From: Balanoglossus misakiensis | Lineage: Eukaryota > Animalia > Hemichordata | Reading direction: 5' to 3' | Assembly: GCA_040954595.2 (NCBI GenBank) | Contig: CM082583.2 | Coordinates: 11,483,656-11,547,655 of the forward strand | Length of the DNA: 64,000 nucleotides | In this document: piece by piece, positions 14,949 through 27,765 of the stretch | How the letters are laid out: each line of letters begins with the position of its first letter | Numbering within the stretch: the stretch's first letter is position 1 | Notes under the pieces: generated by a model | The model's input: the letters and a program-made list of their open reading frames with translations, nothing else | What the model was told of the DNA's origin: nothing | Database searches by the model: none | Position numbers and translations under genes: made by a program

Positions 14949-15410
14949 ATGTGCTTCTGTGTCCTAGGCGTGGTCGCAATGGTTACCAAGGAAACTGGAA
15001 GCACCAAGCCCCGGTCATTCAAATGCATTCTGTGTAGTGACACGTTCACCGGAAGCAGCGACTGTGTCGTCAACCCTTCAGCTGAACTTGGCGAGATAAG
15101 TTGTACCACTAACTGCTACGTAAGTTTAACCTACAAACTACTAAATAATAAAGATAGTGAAATACTATTGATATGTGCTGATTAATTATTGCAACAATTT
15201 GAATACCAGTGGTATTATCTCTAAGCTAACGCCGATTTTCTATTCTTCAATGACCAGGCAACCGTCTACAAGGTGTTCGGCAAGATAGCACGCATAGATC
15301 GAGGTTGTGCCGACGAGTGCGAGCCATCGGATGGTTGTCCGAGTATGGGAAAGTGCACAAAATGTTGCAGCGGACACAACTATTGCAACAATGGTACGGA
15401 CTTCTCCTAG
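14949..15410 (+). CDS. Ly6/three-finger protein, predicted secreted (first exon uncertain)
   Basis: Exon ~14969-15119 (FKCILC..DC..ISCTTNCY, donor GTAAGT) and exon 15258-15410 (KVFG..IDRGCADECEPSDGC..KCTKCCSGHNYCNN). The signal-peptide exon was not confidently located. Confidence 0.75.
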
Positions 15411-15964
15411 GAAGCTACGCCTTCTACAGGCCACGGCGACAGAAGACGTTGTTGACGCTTGAGAATATGCTATCGCTTTTCGATGTACATGTATTTAGTG
15501 TATGGGTGTATATGTCATTTTCTCTGTATGATTTATGCAATTTTCTCGGTCTGATTTTGAAACGCACCTTTTCCCTCAACTGTTTCACATCCTGCTGTAG
15601 GCCCTAGTTTTTTAAACTTGCGACTTTCTGGGTGACTGATAAAGTAAATAAAAATGCATTAAAATAAAGTAAATAGGGTTTTGATTCCCTTTCTGTACTC
15701 GAAGTCCTTGCACTTCAGTCGGTATAGTTGCATTTTCTAGAAAAGTTACAAGGATTCAGTCTGGATTCAATGCGTTACGCATTACTCTTGTTGACCCACG
15801 ATGACCCCACGGCCTCGTTTTCATGTAAGTTCACTTCAAGCCTGCGCAGTAACGATGGTAAGTTCCTGATCATTTGACCTTCGCGTGTAGTGATGGTAAG
15901 ATTGTCCACGATGTGAATTTTGTTGTTTTTTCACTGCCCACGTTGTACAATATGTGTGAAAGTC

Positions 15965-17869
15965 ATGAAAACAATAGGCGAGAGAGTGTTCAATGCTTCG
16001 AGAGACGGAAAGGCTATCACTTTAGGTGCCCTGTTGCACGATAAATCGGCCGATGAAATCAGGAGTGTGCTATCGGAAGTTCATGAACACTGCGGCCAAA
16101 AGTGTACCCCACTAGTCCTTGCAGCAAGGAATGGACACAACGGAGTGGTGAAATTACTATTGGAGCAGTACGACGCCGAAATTGAACAAGAAGGAGTGGT
16201 TAAATTCAGTGGGTATGTAATTGAAGGTGCTTCGGCGCTGTGGTGTGCGGCCGGTGCGGGCCATCACAGCGTTGTCAAAACATTAGTTGAACATGGAGCA
16301 AACGTGAACCACACCACGGTCACAAACTCGACTCCACTGAGGGCTGCGTGCTTCGATGGCCGTCTGGACATCGTTTCGTACCTGATTGAGCACAACGCGG
16401 ATATACATATCGCCAATAAGTACGACAATACATGTCTGATGATAGCCTGTTACAAGGGCCACAGAGACGTGGTCAAGTTCTTGCTGGAGAACGCAGCGCC
16501 ACCAGATGAGAGTGCCCATTGCGGGGCAACTGCGCTGCACTTTGCGGCCGAATGCGGACACGTTGAAATTGTTCGACTTCTCGTCGAGCACGGTGCTAAC
16601 ATGATCGCTAACGAACACGGCATGACGCCGCTCATGGTTGCCTGTGAAAGCAACCAGGCTGAAGTGGCGGAATACCTGATGTCACTGACCAGCTGCAGCA
16701 AGCTGCACAGGGTGGAAGGCTTAGAACTGCTCGGAGCCTCCTTTGCCAACGATAAAGATAACTACAGCCTGGAGAAAACGTACCACTACTTTCTACTTGC
16801 CATGCTCGAGCGTTTCAGTGATGCAAACAACATCTTGGAAAAGAAAATCATTGGCCGTATACGAGCTTATGAAAACAGACTGGAATCCAGGAACTTGCGA
16901 GAGTTGGAAGCAAAGAAGAACGACCCCCACGCTTTGCACCTGGAAGCTCTCATTGTGAGGGAGAGGATTTTGGGACAGGACAATCCAGAGATACCTCATC
17001 CCATTATATACCGTGGTGCTGTCTGTGCAGACAATATGCAGTTTGGGAAATGTGTCGCCCTGTGGACGAGGGCACTCAAGCTTCGGCAAGCCAACAAACG
17101 GTCTGTCCAAAAGGATCTCCTCCGTTTTGCTCAGGTCTTTTCGCAGATGATACACATCGGCGAGAGGGTGCCGTTCGCCGACATGTACGAAATAATTCAG
17201 TGCGCGGTGCTTGAAATTCAGTACTGCCAGGAACGCATCAAACTGAAATGCGATGAAGAGAAGGAGCAAGACTTGTACGACCACACAAATCAGGTCTCAG
17301 TTTACGAGAGCAACATTCTCAATGTGCTCTATCTCTTGAGCATCATAACCCAGATGTCCTGCACATCACAAGAGGATCTCACTTTTCGGAAGGTGGTCTA
17401 CAAGCTGGTGCAACTCAACCCAAAGCAGTCGGATGGCTCCACCCTCGTCCACATGGTCGTGAACTACAAGACTCCCATCGACGACTTCCACACAAACGAT
17501 GTCTGCCGCTTTCCAAGCGCCGCGCTGGTCAAGCTTCTCCTGGACTGTGGCGCCCATCCGGACGAAATCGACAAGAACGGTGAAAGTCCACTGCACATCA
17601 TCGTCAAGTACAACAAGCCCATCAGTGACTTTCTGACGCTGCACAGCTGCATCATGGCGCTGTTGCAAGCGGGCGCCCACATTGACAGGGTGAACATCAA
17701 AGGCCAGACCCCGATGGTTGTGTCCACAACTGGGGTCTCGGAGATCATGCTGAAAACGCAGATGAAGATCAGCCTGAAGTGTATTGCTGCCAGAGTGATC
17801 AAACACAGCAATATTCCTTACAAGGGCCATGTGCCTACAGCACTGGAAAGTTTCATAGAAATGCACTGA
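15965..17869 (+). CDS. FEM1B: Protein fem-1 homolog B (ankyrin-repeat CRL2 substrate receptor), single coding exon
   Basis: Near-continuous similarity to vertebrate FEM1B: GASALWCAAGAGH, NSTPLRAACFDGRLDIV, ELLGASFANDK, DDFHTNDVC, ISDFLTLHS and C-terminal VHL box SLKCIAARVI. Likely ATG at 15965. Confidence 0.95.
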   Translation: MKTIGERVFNASRDGKAITLGALLHDKSADEIRSVLSEVHEHCGQKCTPLVLAARNGHNGVVKLLLEQYDAEIEQEGVVKFSGYVIEGASALWCAAGAGHHSVVKTLVEHGANVNHTTVTNSTPLRAACFDGRLDIVSYLIEHNADIHIANKYDNTCLMIACYKGHRDVVKFLLENAAPPDESAHCGATALHFAAECGHVEIVRLLVEHGANMIANEHGMTPLMVACESNQAEVAEYLMSLTSCSKLHRVEGLELLGASFANDKDNYSLEKTYHYFLLAMLERFSDANNILEKKIIGRIRAYENRLESRNLRELEAKKNDPHALHLEALIVRERILGQDNPEIPHPIIYRGAVCADNMQFGKCVALWTRALKLRQANKRSVQKDLLRFAQVFSQMIHIGERVPFADMYEIIQCAVLEIQYCQERIKLKCDEEKEQDLYDHTNQVSVYESNILNVLYLLSIITQMSCTSQEDLTFRKVVYKLVQLNPKQSDGSTLVHMVVNYKTPIDDFHTNDVCRFPSAALVKLLLDCGAHPDEIDKNGESPLHIIVKYNKPISDFLTLHSCIMALLQAGAHIDRVNIKGQTPMVVSTTGVSEIMLKTQMKISLKCIAARVIKHSNIPYKGHVPTALESFIEMH

Positions 17870-19282
17870 TGGTGGGACGGGGGTTGAGAACTTTAACATA
17901 ACAGACTTCACTGCTCCTCGTACATGTAATCATATTCAATCATGTATATTCATATCTATGCCTTTTACACAAATGTAGTTACTCTCTTGCATGGTACAGT
18001 TTTCAACATGTGAGTCAGGTTTGAGAGTTGCTTTGTAATCAGAACTTTTGAATTTTCTATACTAATAGACTGGTGATAAATAATTTCATTAGTTCAGGGG
18101 GATAGTGAACCTGTGACTGTTAAAAACCAGCTTCTTGTGTGAAAGTCTGATTTATGGAAACGAAAGTGGTGAATTATGCAGTACTTGACCGAATCAGACA
18201 GATATATGATAATTCAGTAGATTACGCTAGTAATTATAGAACAAAGAAATATAGAATTTGGAAACGAGCTCTGGGATACCATTTCACTCTTTTTATCCAT
18301 TAATGTATGCTGGATATGAGTTGAGCTGTAGCAACTGTTGGTTCAGCATATTGTCACTGCCTGAAGCGAATATTTTATTGTATTTTTAGAATAATTTTCT
18401 GCCGCGCCGTGCGGAATCCCTTTCTGGCCAGTATGACATCTTTGCTGAACTTTGTGGACATTTCCAACCTCAATATCTCTATGTCAATTTTACTACTATG
18501 AATTAGAATTGACATCATGGAGCAGTGCACTACTTTTATAGTAGTGGTGCTCTGTCAGACATTTCAACAGTTTGTGGTCTCCGCCCATAAATTAAAGCTT
18601 TCAAGGTCAAGTTACTCATAGACGCAGCAGCGTGGACAACTTGTAGTACATACAAGGTGACCTTGCTAGCATTAATACTCAGTGCTTTGTATTAGTAGTA
18701 GTACAATGTAGGCTGATGTTTTCTGTATGCTGTGTAGAGATTAAGCAGGAAATGAACTTGAATTTCCTTTCATTTATAGAGAATGCAATTCATTCAGTCA
18801 GGAGCCTGTGTCCCAAGTTAAGTGCATTCATCAAATGTTATGGCAAAAGGGGCAGTCCCCTCAATAGATTTTCGTGAAAGAGGCTTTTGGATATTAGTCA
18901 CAAATACATTAGTGCTGAAGGCTTTTTGACACCCTGTGTAATTTGTCAAAAGTTCTCATGACAGGGTATTACAGTGATGACGATTCATTAAACACTTAAG
19001 CCGTCTTTCATATCTTGAGCTGCAATTTGAATGGCAGGCCTTTGATTTGAAGCAAAACAAATGTGCTGCTTCATTAAAACATTATAGTGATTATTAAAGT
19101 TTTAGTTAAAATTGTACGTTTTGTATGCCATCTTTATAAAGCCCTTCCCACCATACATACCATGGCACTAGACCTCTGTGATAAAATCACAGCCACACAT
19201 TGAACATTACAAAACAAGAATTTTCTGGCATAAAGTCCTTTATTACTTTATTTACAACATTAAATGATAATATAATGCTGGA

Positions 19283-20877
19283 TCAAGAAACATTACTTCC
19301 TAAAACTTTCAGCCATCTTTCAAGGGCAAACTTGGTGCCAGTGCTGACGCGTTCTATGTCCTCTCCAGTAAGAGGTGCTTTTGATAGCAGCACAGATGTT
19401 TCTAAGTCTTCATCTTCCTCCTTGGAATTCTGCAGAACCTTTGCCCTGTATACAGTGAGGGTCAAAGGTCAGAGGGTTAAAATGAAAGTCAAGGTCATGA
19501 AATGATGAGGCGCACAATGCCCATTACTATTTATGATTGGAAATGATTGTGATTCAACACCCAATGTGTCCACACAAAATAAACTGATCACACGGCTACT
19601 TTGTTGGTGACAACTTATTATCCAAGTGTCTATCGACTTCTAAACAATTCATTGCATACCTGAATGTTGTTGGTAAGTCTGCAGGCATTTGGTATTCGCT
19701 GTAATCTTCATCAGTGGCCACGATCCCTCGCACCATTTTCTCTGTAAGCCAGGCTGAAGCCTCCACTTCCTCCTGCTGCAGATGTATCCTCTCGTCCAAC
19801 ACATCATGCTTTTCTTTCACCTTGATGCAAATATAGACTACAATATGGTGTCTCCTTGGAAGACCACGAGATAAATATGGCGGATAGACTGACTGAAACA
19901 AAATGGAATAGGTTATGTTATCACCCTGTCATGCTTTATTCAAGATTTGAGTTACAGTAGACTTTCTAGTATAAAATTATTAATTCTTTAATTTTTTGCA
20001 CTTTCACTAAAATTAACTTTCTAGTGGTCCACTGGAAGTGCACTTACTTCCCAGAGTCCTATTATCTGTCCTGGACATTCTTTCGGATCGAGTTTGAGAT
20101 TTGTCTCTTCATGTAGCTCCCTCAGACCAGCTTCAAATAACTGTAAAAAATGACAACTACAGATTTTCATCACCTTCAGAAAAATAGTAAACTGAAATCA
20201 GGGCAAAAACGATGATGAGTTTGCTCTAAGAATATATGTACTTGCATTTTCATTGAGTTCAATGTGTCCCCCAGGGGGTACCCACACACCAGGGAATAGC
20301 CTGAGGTGTTTGGCTCTTCTAGTTAACAACACTCTCCTGTCCTCAGATTGTAATAGTGTGGCTACACCCACATCAATGCCTCCCTCCAGAACACCATCTG
20401 CTATAGATGAAACATCCTCTTGTTTTATACAGTGAATGGGGCAAAAGGTTGGCCTCTGAAAATAGAAGGTAAATGCGTCAAATTTTATTAAACCAGTCAA
20501 TAGCTACTCATGTCATTATGGCCTTTGCTTGCTTTTAAAGTATCTGTGGCAAGTTGGTGTGGTTACTTATGCACATATTACCTTTAGTAATACTTTATCT
20601 TCACCAGTATCAGATATTATCACTTTATTATCTTCAAGGTTACAGCTAACTTCATCAATGTGTCCATGGCAACCAAGACAGTCAAAAACACTCTGGAATG
20701 GACAGAAATGTTGGCAAGTCAATTACCATTGTAATGAAATAAAGCTAGACACTGAAACAGGTTCAGCCAGGTCAAAGGAGTGAATTTCTTTTTTCAAACC
20801 TGAATAAATCTTGCTCGCTGTGGTTGGCTTTCTACCCCCTTCCGAAGGTAGACCAAAACGCGTGTTGGAGACGTCAT
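19283..20877 (-). CDS. NUDT17: Nudix hydrolase 17-like
   Basis: Exons ~20877-20800, ~20692-20582, ~20455-20246, 20140-20049, ~19892-19660 and ~19446-19283. Motifs [42 protein letters not shown] (Nudix box), WESVYPP..GLPRRHHIVVY and ERVSTGTKFAL. Confidence 0.9.
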
Positions 20878-21339
20878 CTCACCGGCCGTGCACAGTCATC
20901 AGTTGGTTCAGTCGACGTCAGAAAGCCCAAATAGCAACCCACCGCTGCAATGTTTATGATGATAGTCTCGGTTACCCAGCCCCAATGTTTGTGATTGATT
21001 GGCAACGCCCTCTATGGTAATATATTTCACCTAAACTAAAACAGAGTGTAACCCTTCATTTGCAAAATGTCGATCGTCATAACCTACTTCGAGAGACTTT
21101 AAGTAATAGATATTAAAATGCCAATGAAAAGATTTTGTTTTTTACAGAAAAAATAAAGCGTTTGTAATTCTATGATACACCAAACCATATATTTTAATTG
21201 TATATGTGTATTTTTCTGTGTATGATTACTTACGAATGCTCGAACTGAGTATTAAGAGTTGTAGTTTACACACGTTTCCCGCGGTGAGTTGAACGTACTT
21301 TGATGCAGTTTCTGCATTTTCAGGCCTCCCAGTTACCAG

Positions 21340-22503
21340 ATGTACACCTCCAAGAAAGGTTACAGGCGCGTGAGAGTGTGTGTGTCAGATTCAGACTCAC
21401 AGCCTGAGCAGTCAGATGTTTGTGACAAGGAAACAGTGGTAGCCAAGGACTCGGAGGAGGAGAATGTAAGCAAAGGGGGGCGGGGTGTACATCATACATG
21501 TACTATGGTTTTTACATAGTGATATATGAGTGGGTTGAAGTAATTTATTGTATTCAGATATTTTCACTTCGGGATATTCATTAGGTGACCACATCAAATC
21601 TGTGATTCATTTTCTCCCAATGTTTCCCCTCCCCAAGGGACTGGAAGTAACACCAACATCATATTCATCAAGACTTCGAAGTAAAGCAAACAGGAGGCTC
21701 TACATGCCAACAAGAAATGAGGTCCTGGAATCTCTGGTACCGGCTGGGACTCCAACCAAAGGATATGATCATCTGAGACCAAGAAAATTGATCAATGACC
21801 TTGTAAGAGTGTAAGTATTTAACTTGCTTCTGGTGGGTGGCAACTGCGATAAGTCACTAGTCACCATAGCTGTTAAGTTTGAATTGATTATTGTCAGAAC
21901 CTGTAATTAAATCAGTAACGGCCGTAATGTTTGAACCAGTTGAACAAACAGTGACAAGCAAGTTCTGTGCATTACAGACATCACCGTTACAATTATGATC
22001 GGGATTACACAAGTGATTCTGAAGACACCGATAATTTCATTGTGTACACGGATGAACAGTCAGAATCAGAATCAAGTGTGGTAAGTGCAGAATCATCAAA
22101 TTCTGAATCTCAGTCTGGATCAGAGTCTGAAAACCCAGCAGGAAAAAGTGACAGCGACAGTCGGGAGAGTAACAGCAGTGGTGAGAGAGGCAAGACAAAA
22201 AACAGGAGACCTGCCAAAAATGGAAGTGGTGAACAGTTACCCAGAAGGAGGAGAGTAGTATCACTCTCTTCTTCAAGTGACGAGAGTGACTCAGACGATG
22301 AGATCATTAAATCCACTAAGAAGAGAAAGTCTTCAGCATCAGCTCTGTTGTCCTCGGAAGAAGAAGAAGAGGAAGAAATAAGTGTTCCTGTGAGGCGATC
22401 ACGAAGAGCAGGTTTCCTGAGAACCAAGAGAAATTCCGAAATTGCAGATAAGCTTTCTGAGTTTAAGAATCAAAGGCAGAAGAAGAAATTTAAAAATAAG
22501 TGA
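21340..22503 (+). CDS. Uncharacterised Ser/Glu/Asp-rich, basic-patch protein (likely disordered and nuclear)
   Basis: Exons 21324-21465, 21638-21810 and 21978-22503 splice in frame via GT-AG sites. ATG at 21340; possible upstream exon ending 21016. NLS-like KKRK, RRRR and QKKKFKNK. Divergent from NUDT17. Confidence 0.6.
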
Positions 22504-24392
22504 TAACACCCAGTGAGGTGTTGCCACAAGGGACGTTCTACACGGATTCGTATTTCAGTAGCTGATCAGTTATTGTCAGGGACAATCAAGATCAGCTTGC
22601 TGCTTTCTAGAGCATTTTTTTGCATATCTGCTTGAAAAATTTATCAAATTTTATACTGTATATATTCTAGAGGTATATTGTAATTGTTTTCTCCACATAA
22701 GAGACAGCGCCCCCATGTGTTCAATTATGAATTTGATGCACTGCCAGTCTGTATACAGCGATGGAATTGTTGAATACAGCCGTCGTTCAAAAATGTAAAA
22801 CGATCAAGCAACTCGACAAATGAGAGGTCAATCTTCATGACCTTTGATAAACGATACACCCATAGTGCATATTCCAAGATAAATGATTAAGGGGATAAAA
22901 AGTCTCGATGAGAGATGGACAATGTCAAGAATCTCTGAAGTATGATAATTAGCTTTCTCGGGCAGATGTTTTGATTTCAGTAAGAATGTGGAGCTGACCA
23001 AAAGTCAGCAAGTGTTGCATAGTGGAGATATCTCTTGCGGTCTTGATATCATATACCGACCACAGCTGGGACTGAATTAACTGCATTACTACAGTCGTTT
23101 GATGCAGCAATATTAAATTCCCATTCTGTATTACATCATCAAACACAAATTTTCCTTCTTTGATGAAGACGTACATAAAGACAGGCATATTTTACGTGTG
23201 TTGAATTAATTTTTAATGGCTGGGCCTGCATAGCTGGAGGTCATTGAACTCATTCATTATCTCAACTCGAGGATCAACCCGATTCATCATGATCACTCAA
23301 AAGTTCAACATGCTATTTTCATTATCAGCAATATATAATGTTGACACAGGAAGGATTGGCACCATGCAGCTATAATAATGACTCCAATTTATCCATCTCC
23401 GATTATGTAGGAACAGTAACATGATATTTCCACATTCCCTCCCCTTGTTGGGCAAAAACCGTACTAATTTAACACCCCAGACAAGCTGGGCTCACCATCA
23501 CACCATAAATTTCACATGCTATATAGTCTGTTTTACTTCAGGATATGCAAGTGTGTAGGCGAGTCTTGAAATGTCAGTTACTTTATTCTCCCACACACTC
23601 GAATAATACCTTTCTTATAATTAAATCAACTGTGGTCGTCATACTGACAGTAATTCTAATCAGAAAGGTTTCTTCCTTGAAACATTCCCCAAAGTATTCT
23701 TTATCATTTCCTTGAGTCATATTTGATGGTCCCCAAGGTATAAAATAGAATTAGTCAAATGACACAAAATGAAACATGGTAACATTTATTATGTTCTCTG
23801 AATACAATTCCATTTTATTTTAAATCTTAGCATGACAGAGACTTTAATAACAGCACAATAAAATCTCTTAGCACAAACAATATATCAACCAGGAATTTAG
23901 TGGGACAGTGTAAATAAATATTTCGGTTAAAATAAAATATAGGTAGAATATTTTGCTAAGTATAACATACAAAGTACACAGCATGAGAGTAGTTGGCACA
24001 GAAAAGGGCAAAATGGATGAACTTATTGCTGTATTTTAATGAATATACCATACAGTGATATTAAGTACACGATTGAGTCACTTGATACTGTACTCAAATC
24101 AAATAAAAGCCTCTAAAATGTCACATGATATGGCATCAAACAGCCTAAAACGTGCAATAATTCTATAAGTACTGTAAAAGCAAGCACATAATTGACTGAA
24201 TGCACACTGATCTTTAAAGCAATGAAACATTTCATTAAAATGTTCAAAAAATTATTATTCTATATGGTATATATCTTTGTAATTTTCATCGAAAGGAAGT
24301 CCATGCATCTTCCACAGAAGTCCTAGGCACAAAGAAAGGGCAGACAATGTTGACAGTTAGGAAAGCCAGAGGTCAGGCCCTAGCATTTATCA

Positions 24393-26660
24393 TCAGACGG
24401 TTCGTGGAGCACTTTGTTTTCTAGCGCCTTTTTCAATCCGATGAAAAAGTCAATCATGGTGTTTGGCAGGGCTGTCTCCACCAGCGTTCTTGGAAGCATT
24501 CCTTTCAGGTCAGACTGCAGATAGTTGATGACTTTGGTCTGCTTCTCCTCGCTGTAACAACAACAAAAGAAGAATTGTTTTTATGTGGGTTGAAGGTGGC
24601 AGTTTTGGGGGAAGGACATAAAGAAAGCATTGGGAAGAAGACTGAGTTTACTGATGCATGAAATCCCATCAATTGTATAGTTTATAAGCCTAGAGGAGGT
24701 TGGTGACTCCATGACCTTTTTAACAGACTGATTCTGAGAATAGAAAGTTCAAAGATCAACTCAGGTCAAGCTGTGTGAAGGTAATCCCCGGGATCCATTT
24801 CAAAAAGTCCTCCTGGAATACAGGATAGAAAACACTGAATGTGAAAACTTGACAGCCTGTATTTGATAAGATGTAGAAGAGAATTTATTTTCCCAACAAA
24901 ATTCACTCACCCTTCAATAGAAACACAGAAAGTGCCACCAGGATGATTAAAAGCCCTGACTGCGTTGTCTGTGGGAGGACATTTTGGATGTTCCACTCCC
25001 ACTGAATTGGTGCAGACAATCTTGCCATCCTCTAAGTGTTTTATCAGAACGGCGTCAATAAAATCTCGTGAAGATATGACACCCATGGCTGAGCTATGTG
25101 TCTGGGAATGTACTACGAAAAAGTCCTGCATAGGAAAAGAAGTTAGGGTATAGTTTACTGTTGGTATTCTCATGGAAGATGTCATTTCATTTCTCATCAT
25201 TATACTCTACTGTCGCAGGATATGATTTACCGGGTTGATTGCCACAAGACTTACAATCTAATTTAAAACATGACTCTACCTCTTCAGTAGATTCTAAGAT
25301 CTCAGAGGCTTTAATAGCCTTGTCCCATTTCTCTCGAACACCCAGTGGAGTTGGTATTACATATTTAATAATCTCATCAGGAGTGCCATCCAATATACAT
25401 TCAGCCTTGTATCTGAAAGAGAAAGTGTTTTTTTGGTATTAAACAGAAGTAGCTTACAGTAACAAAAATCATTTATATACATAATTTTTTTTTGCGTAAA
25501 GCAAGTTGGACAAACACCGTAAAAGCCAGGCCAGTTTATACAAGATACATTAAAGTATACTCACATGTGGCCATCAAATTCTGCTGACTTCTTGTAGGAA
25601 ACAGTTACTTCTTTCTAATCAGATGTGAACAAAAAACAAAAATCCGTATAAAGTAAACTGAAAAAAACCAACATTTTTGATGGAATGCAACACACAAAAA
25701 TCACAATCATAACTACGACTACTTCAACTGGCATCACTATTTTTTGAGAAATTCCTTGGTTACGATTATACAAAACATCACACACAATAATCCACAGAAT
25801 GAAAGCTTTTGGTTCATAAAAGCGAAGGCAATGCAGGAGAAGTCTATGAAATACTAGTAGTTTAGCATATCCGTTGCGGCTGAAACAGAATTCAACGAGA
25901 ATTCAAAGGCTAAGCAATTGGAATGCCAGTCACATAGCTATCACAACTTCACTTCTTGGGTGTCAACTTGTACCGGACTGCTTTCAAAACTAACAATTGT
26001 TGTACAGCTGGACAGAAACACTAAATAAACCTTACGCCTGAACTTTGCACTCTGCACTGAAAGGATTTCTATTCATGGGGTATTGTGTACCTTTCACTGG
26101 TAATTGGATATCTCCATCCTGTACACACAACATATCTCCCTGAAATTTTAACCATTATTATGACGAAATATACATTTATTAAAGTTTATCCTAGGACGCC
26201 ACGAAACCGGACAATCCTCTTACCTCATAGTTCCCAGTTGATACTTCTTGCTGCATTTGTCAGTGGAAGACAAATTAAGCAACAAAACATGTCACACACA
26301 AAAGCAAACTTTTTGCTGAGACATAAATCCTCAAGACAAGCAATTATTGATGAGAAATATTAAAATATTCACGAAGAGAGCAGTAATCCTTTCTATTTGA
26401 TTTCTCCTCCATTTTCAGTGTGTTCCAGTGACTGATTTCAACTAGGATCGAAAATATGCAGCAGTATTAGTCACATGCATTCAATAATATGGGCTTTTGA
26501 CTGTAGCTGTATTGACTCCAACAAAACGGTCCTGTTCTTTGCGAAGGGGCCCGTGGGTATTTGCAGTACTTACAGACACTTTTGAGACAGTCCAATCTGT
26601 ATCTTTGTAATAAACCATCAATTTCTCGCTTGCTTTCTCCGCTTCGGCACGATAATCCAT
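24393..26660 (-). CDS. STARD5: StAR-related lipid transfer protein 5-like (STARD4/5/6 group)
   Basis: Exons ~26660-26574 (MDYRAEAEKASEKL..), ~25615-25565, ~25412-25280 (REKWD), ~25126-24910 (AMGVISSRDFID..EHPKCPP..VRAFNHPGG) and ~24552-24393 (DLKGMLP). Confidence 0.88.
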
Positions 26661-27196
26661 CTTTTGACCAGTTGTACAACACTTTCGCTCTCTTCCTCGT
26701 CACCGGTCTGCGCGATGCGGATCTCAATGGAGCATCGACTCGCCGCTTTCCGATCTTGCGCTTTGTAGCGATATATAACTGTTCGCTTGGACCTTAACAT
26801 AATGTATTTAAATTCCCATTTCGTCATAATGCCATTATTGTTCCTAATGCGAGTCAATGACCTAAACGTACGCAAAATAATTTATACACCCCCATCATCG
26901 ATCGACTCGATCGTGCTCATTCAGTACATTAGAACAGCGCCGCCATCGACGACGGGAGCGTTTACAAATGCCGTAAAGCAGTTATTTGTAATTAACCCAC
27001 ATATTTAGTAGTATCAGTAACTAGATTTTAAAATACAATACCCATCATAATCGCGTACCTCTATGAACTGTATTCTTTTCAGTTACTGCCAAATTAGCGT
27101 CTTATTTATGTTAAATGAACATTTTCAAGCATGTCGCAAGTGTCGTAAAATGATTAACGCAGCCGTGGCAGATCACAGCCCGGAAACGGTGTCAAT

Positions 27197-27765
27197 ATGG
27201 CTTTCACGATATACTCCTTATTTGAAGCGATTCTACTACTCATAAATGCCATAGCCATTCTCCACGAAGAGCGTTTCTTAAACAAAGGTAAGCTGTAGTT
27301 ACTCTTGCAACTGAAACGTCCAACATGCCTATTCGATGGTGCATATGAACATGATGAACGAAATTGATTCGGTTGTTGATTGCAATCTGTATGCTAATGG
27401 CTTACACTGGTGGTGTATATTTCAAACGATTGACTTTGTTTTTCTGTCTCCTGGATTTGTGTTTAGTTGGATGGGGATCAGAGCACAGTGTCGGTGGTTT
27501 TGGTGAAGACCCTGGTATGAAAGCACAAATTATCAACCTTATACGATCTGTCAGGACTGTTATGAGGAGTAAGTTGAAATCTTATTGTGGAGCACATTTG
27601 CTTGCTTATTCTGACAGTATTTTGACTTGAAATATCTTGATTGATTCTATTCTTTCCTTTGTGTCTTATGGATCGACTTATGCCTTTGTTTTGTTTGGCG
27701 TCTTTTCAGTTCCGCTTATAATATTGAACACAGTGACGATAGTGTTGGAAGTTCTGTTAGGATAG
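27197..27765 (+). CDS. IER3IP1: Immediate early response 3-interacting protein 1 (Yos1 family)
   Basis: Three exons give MAFTIYSLFEAILLLINAIAILHEERFLNK-VGWG..KAQIINLIRSVRTVMR-VPLIILN..LLG*. Confidence 0.95.

Noticed and set aside
17867-17887. Stop-codon readthrough of FEM1B as reported in mammals
   Set aside because: The context is TGA TGG with another stop five codons later, and there is no recognisable readthrough motif.
26618-26875. 85-aa ORF overlapping the STARD5 start as a regulatory uORF
   Set aside because: Its ATGs probably lie in the bidirectional promoter, upstream of an unknown TSS, and there is no supporting evidence.
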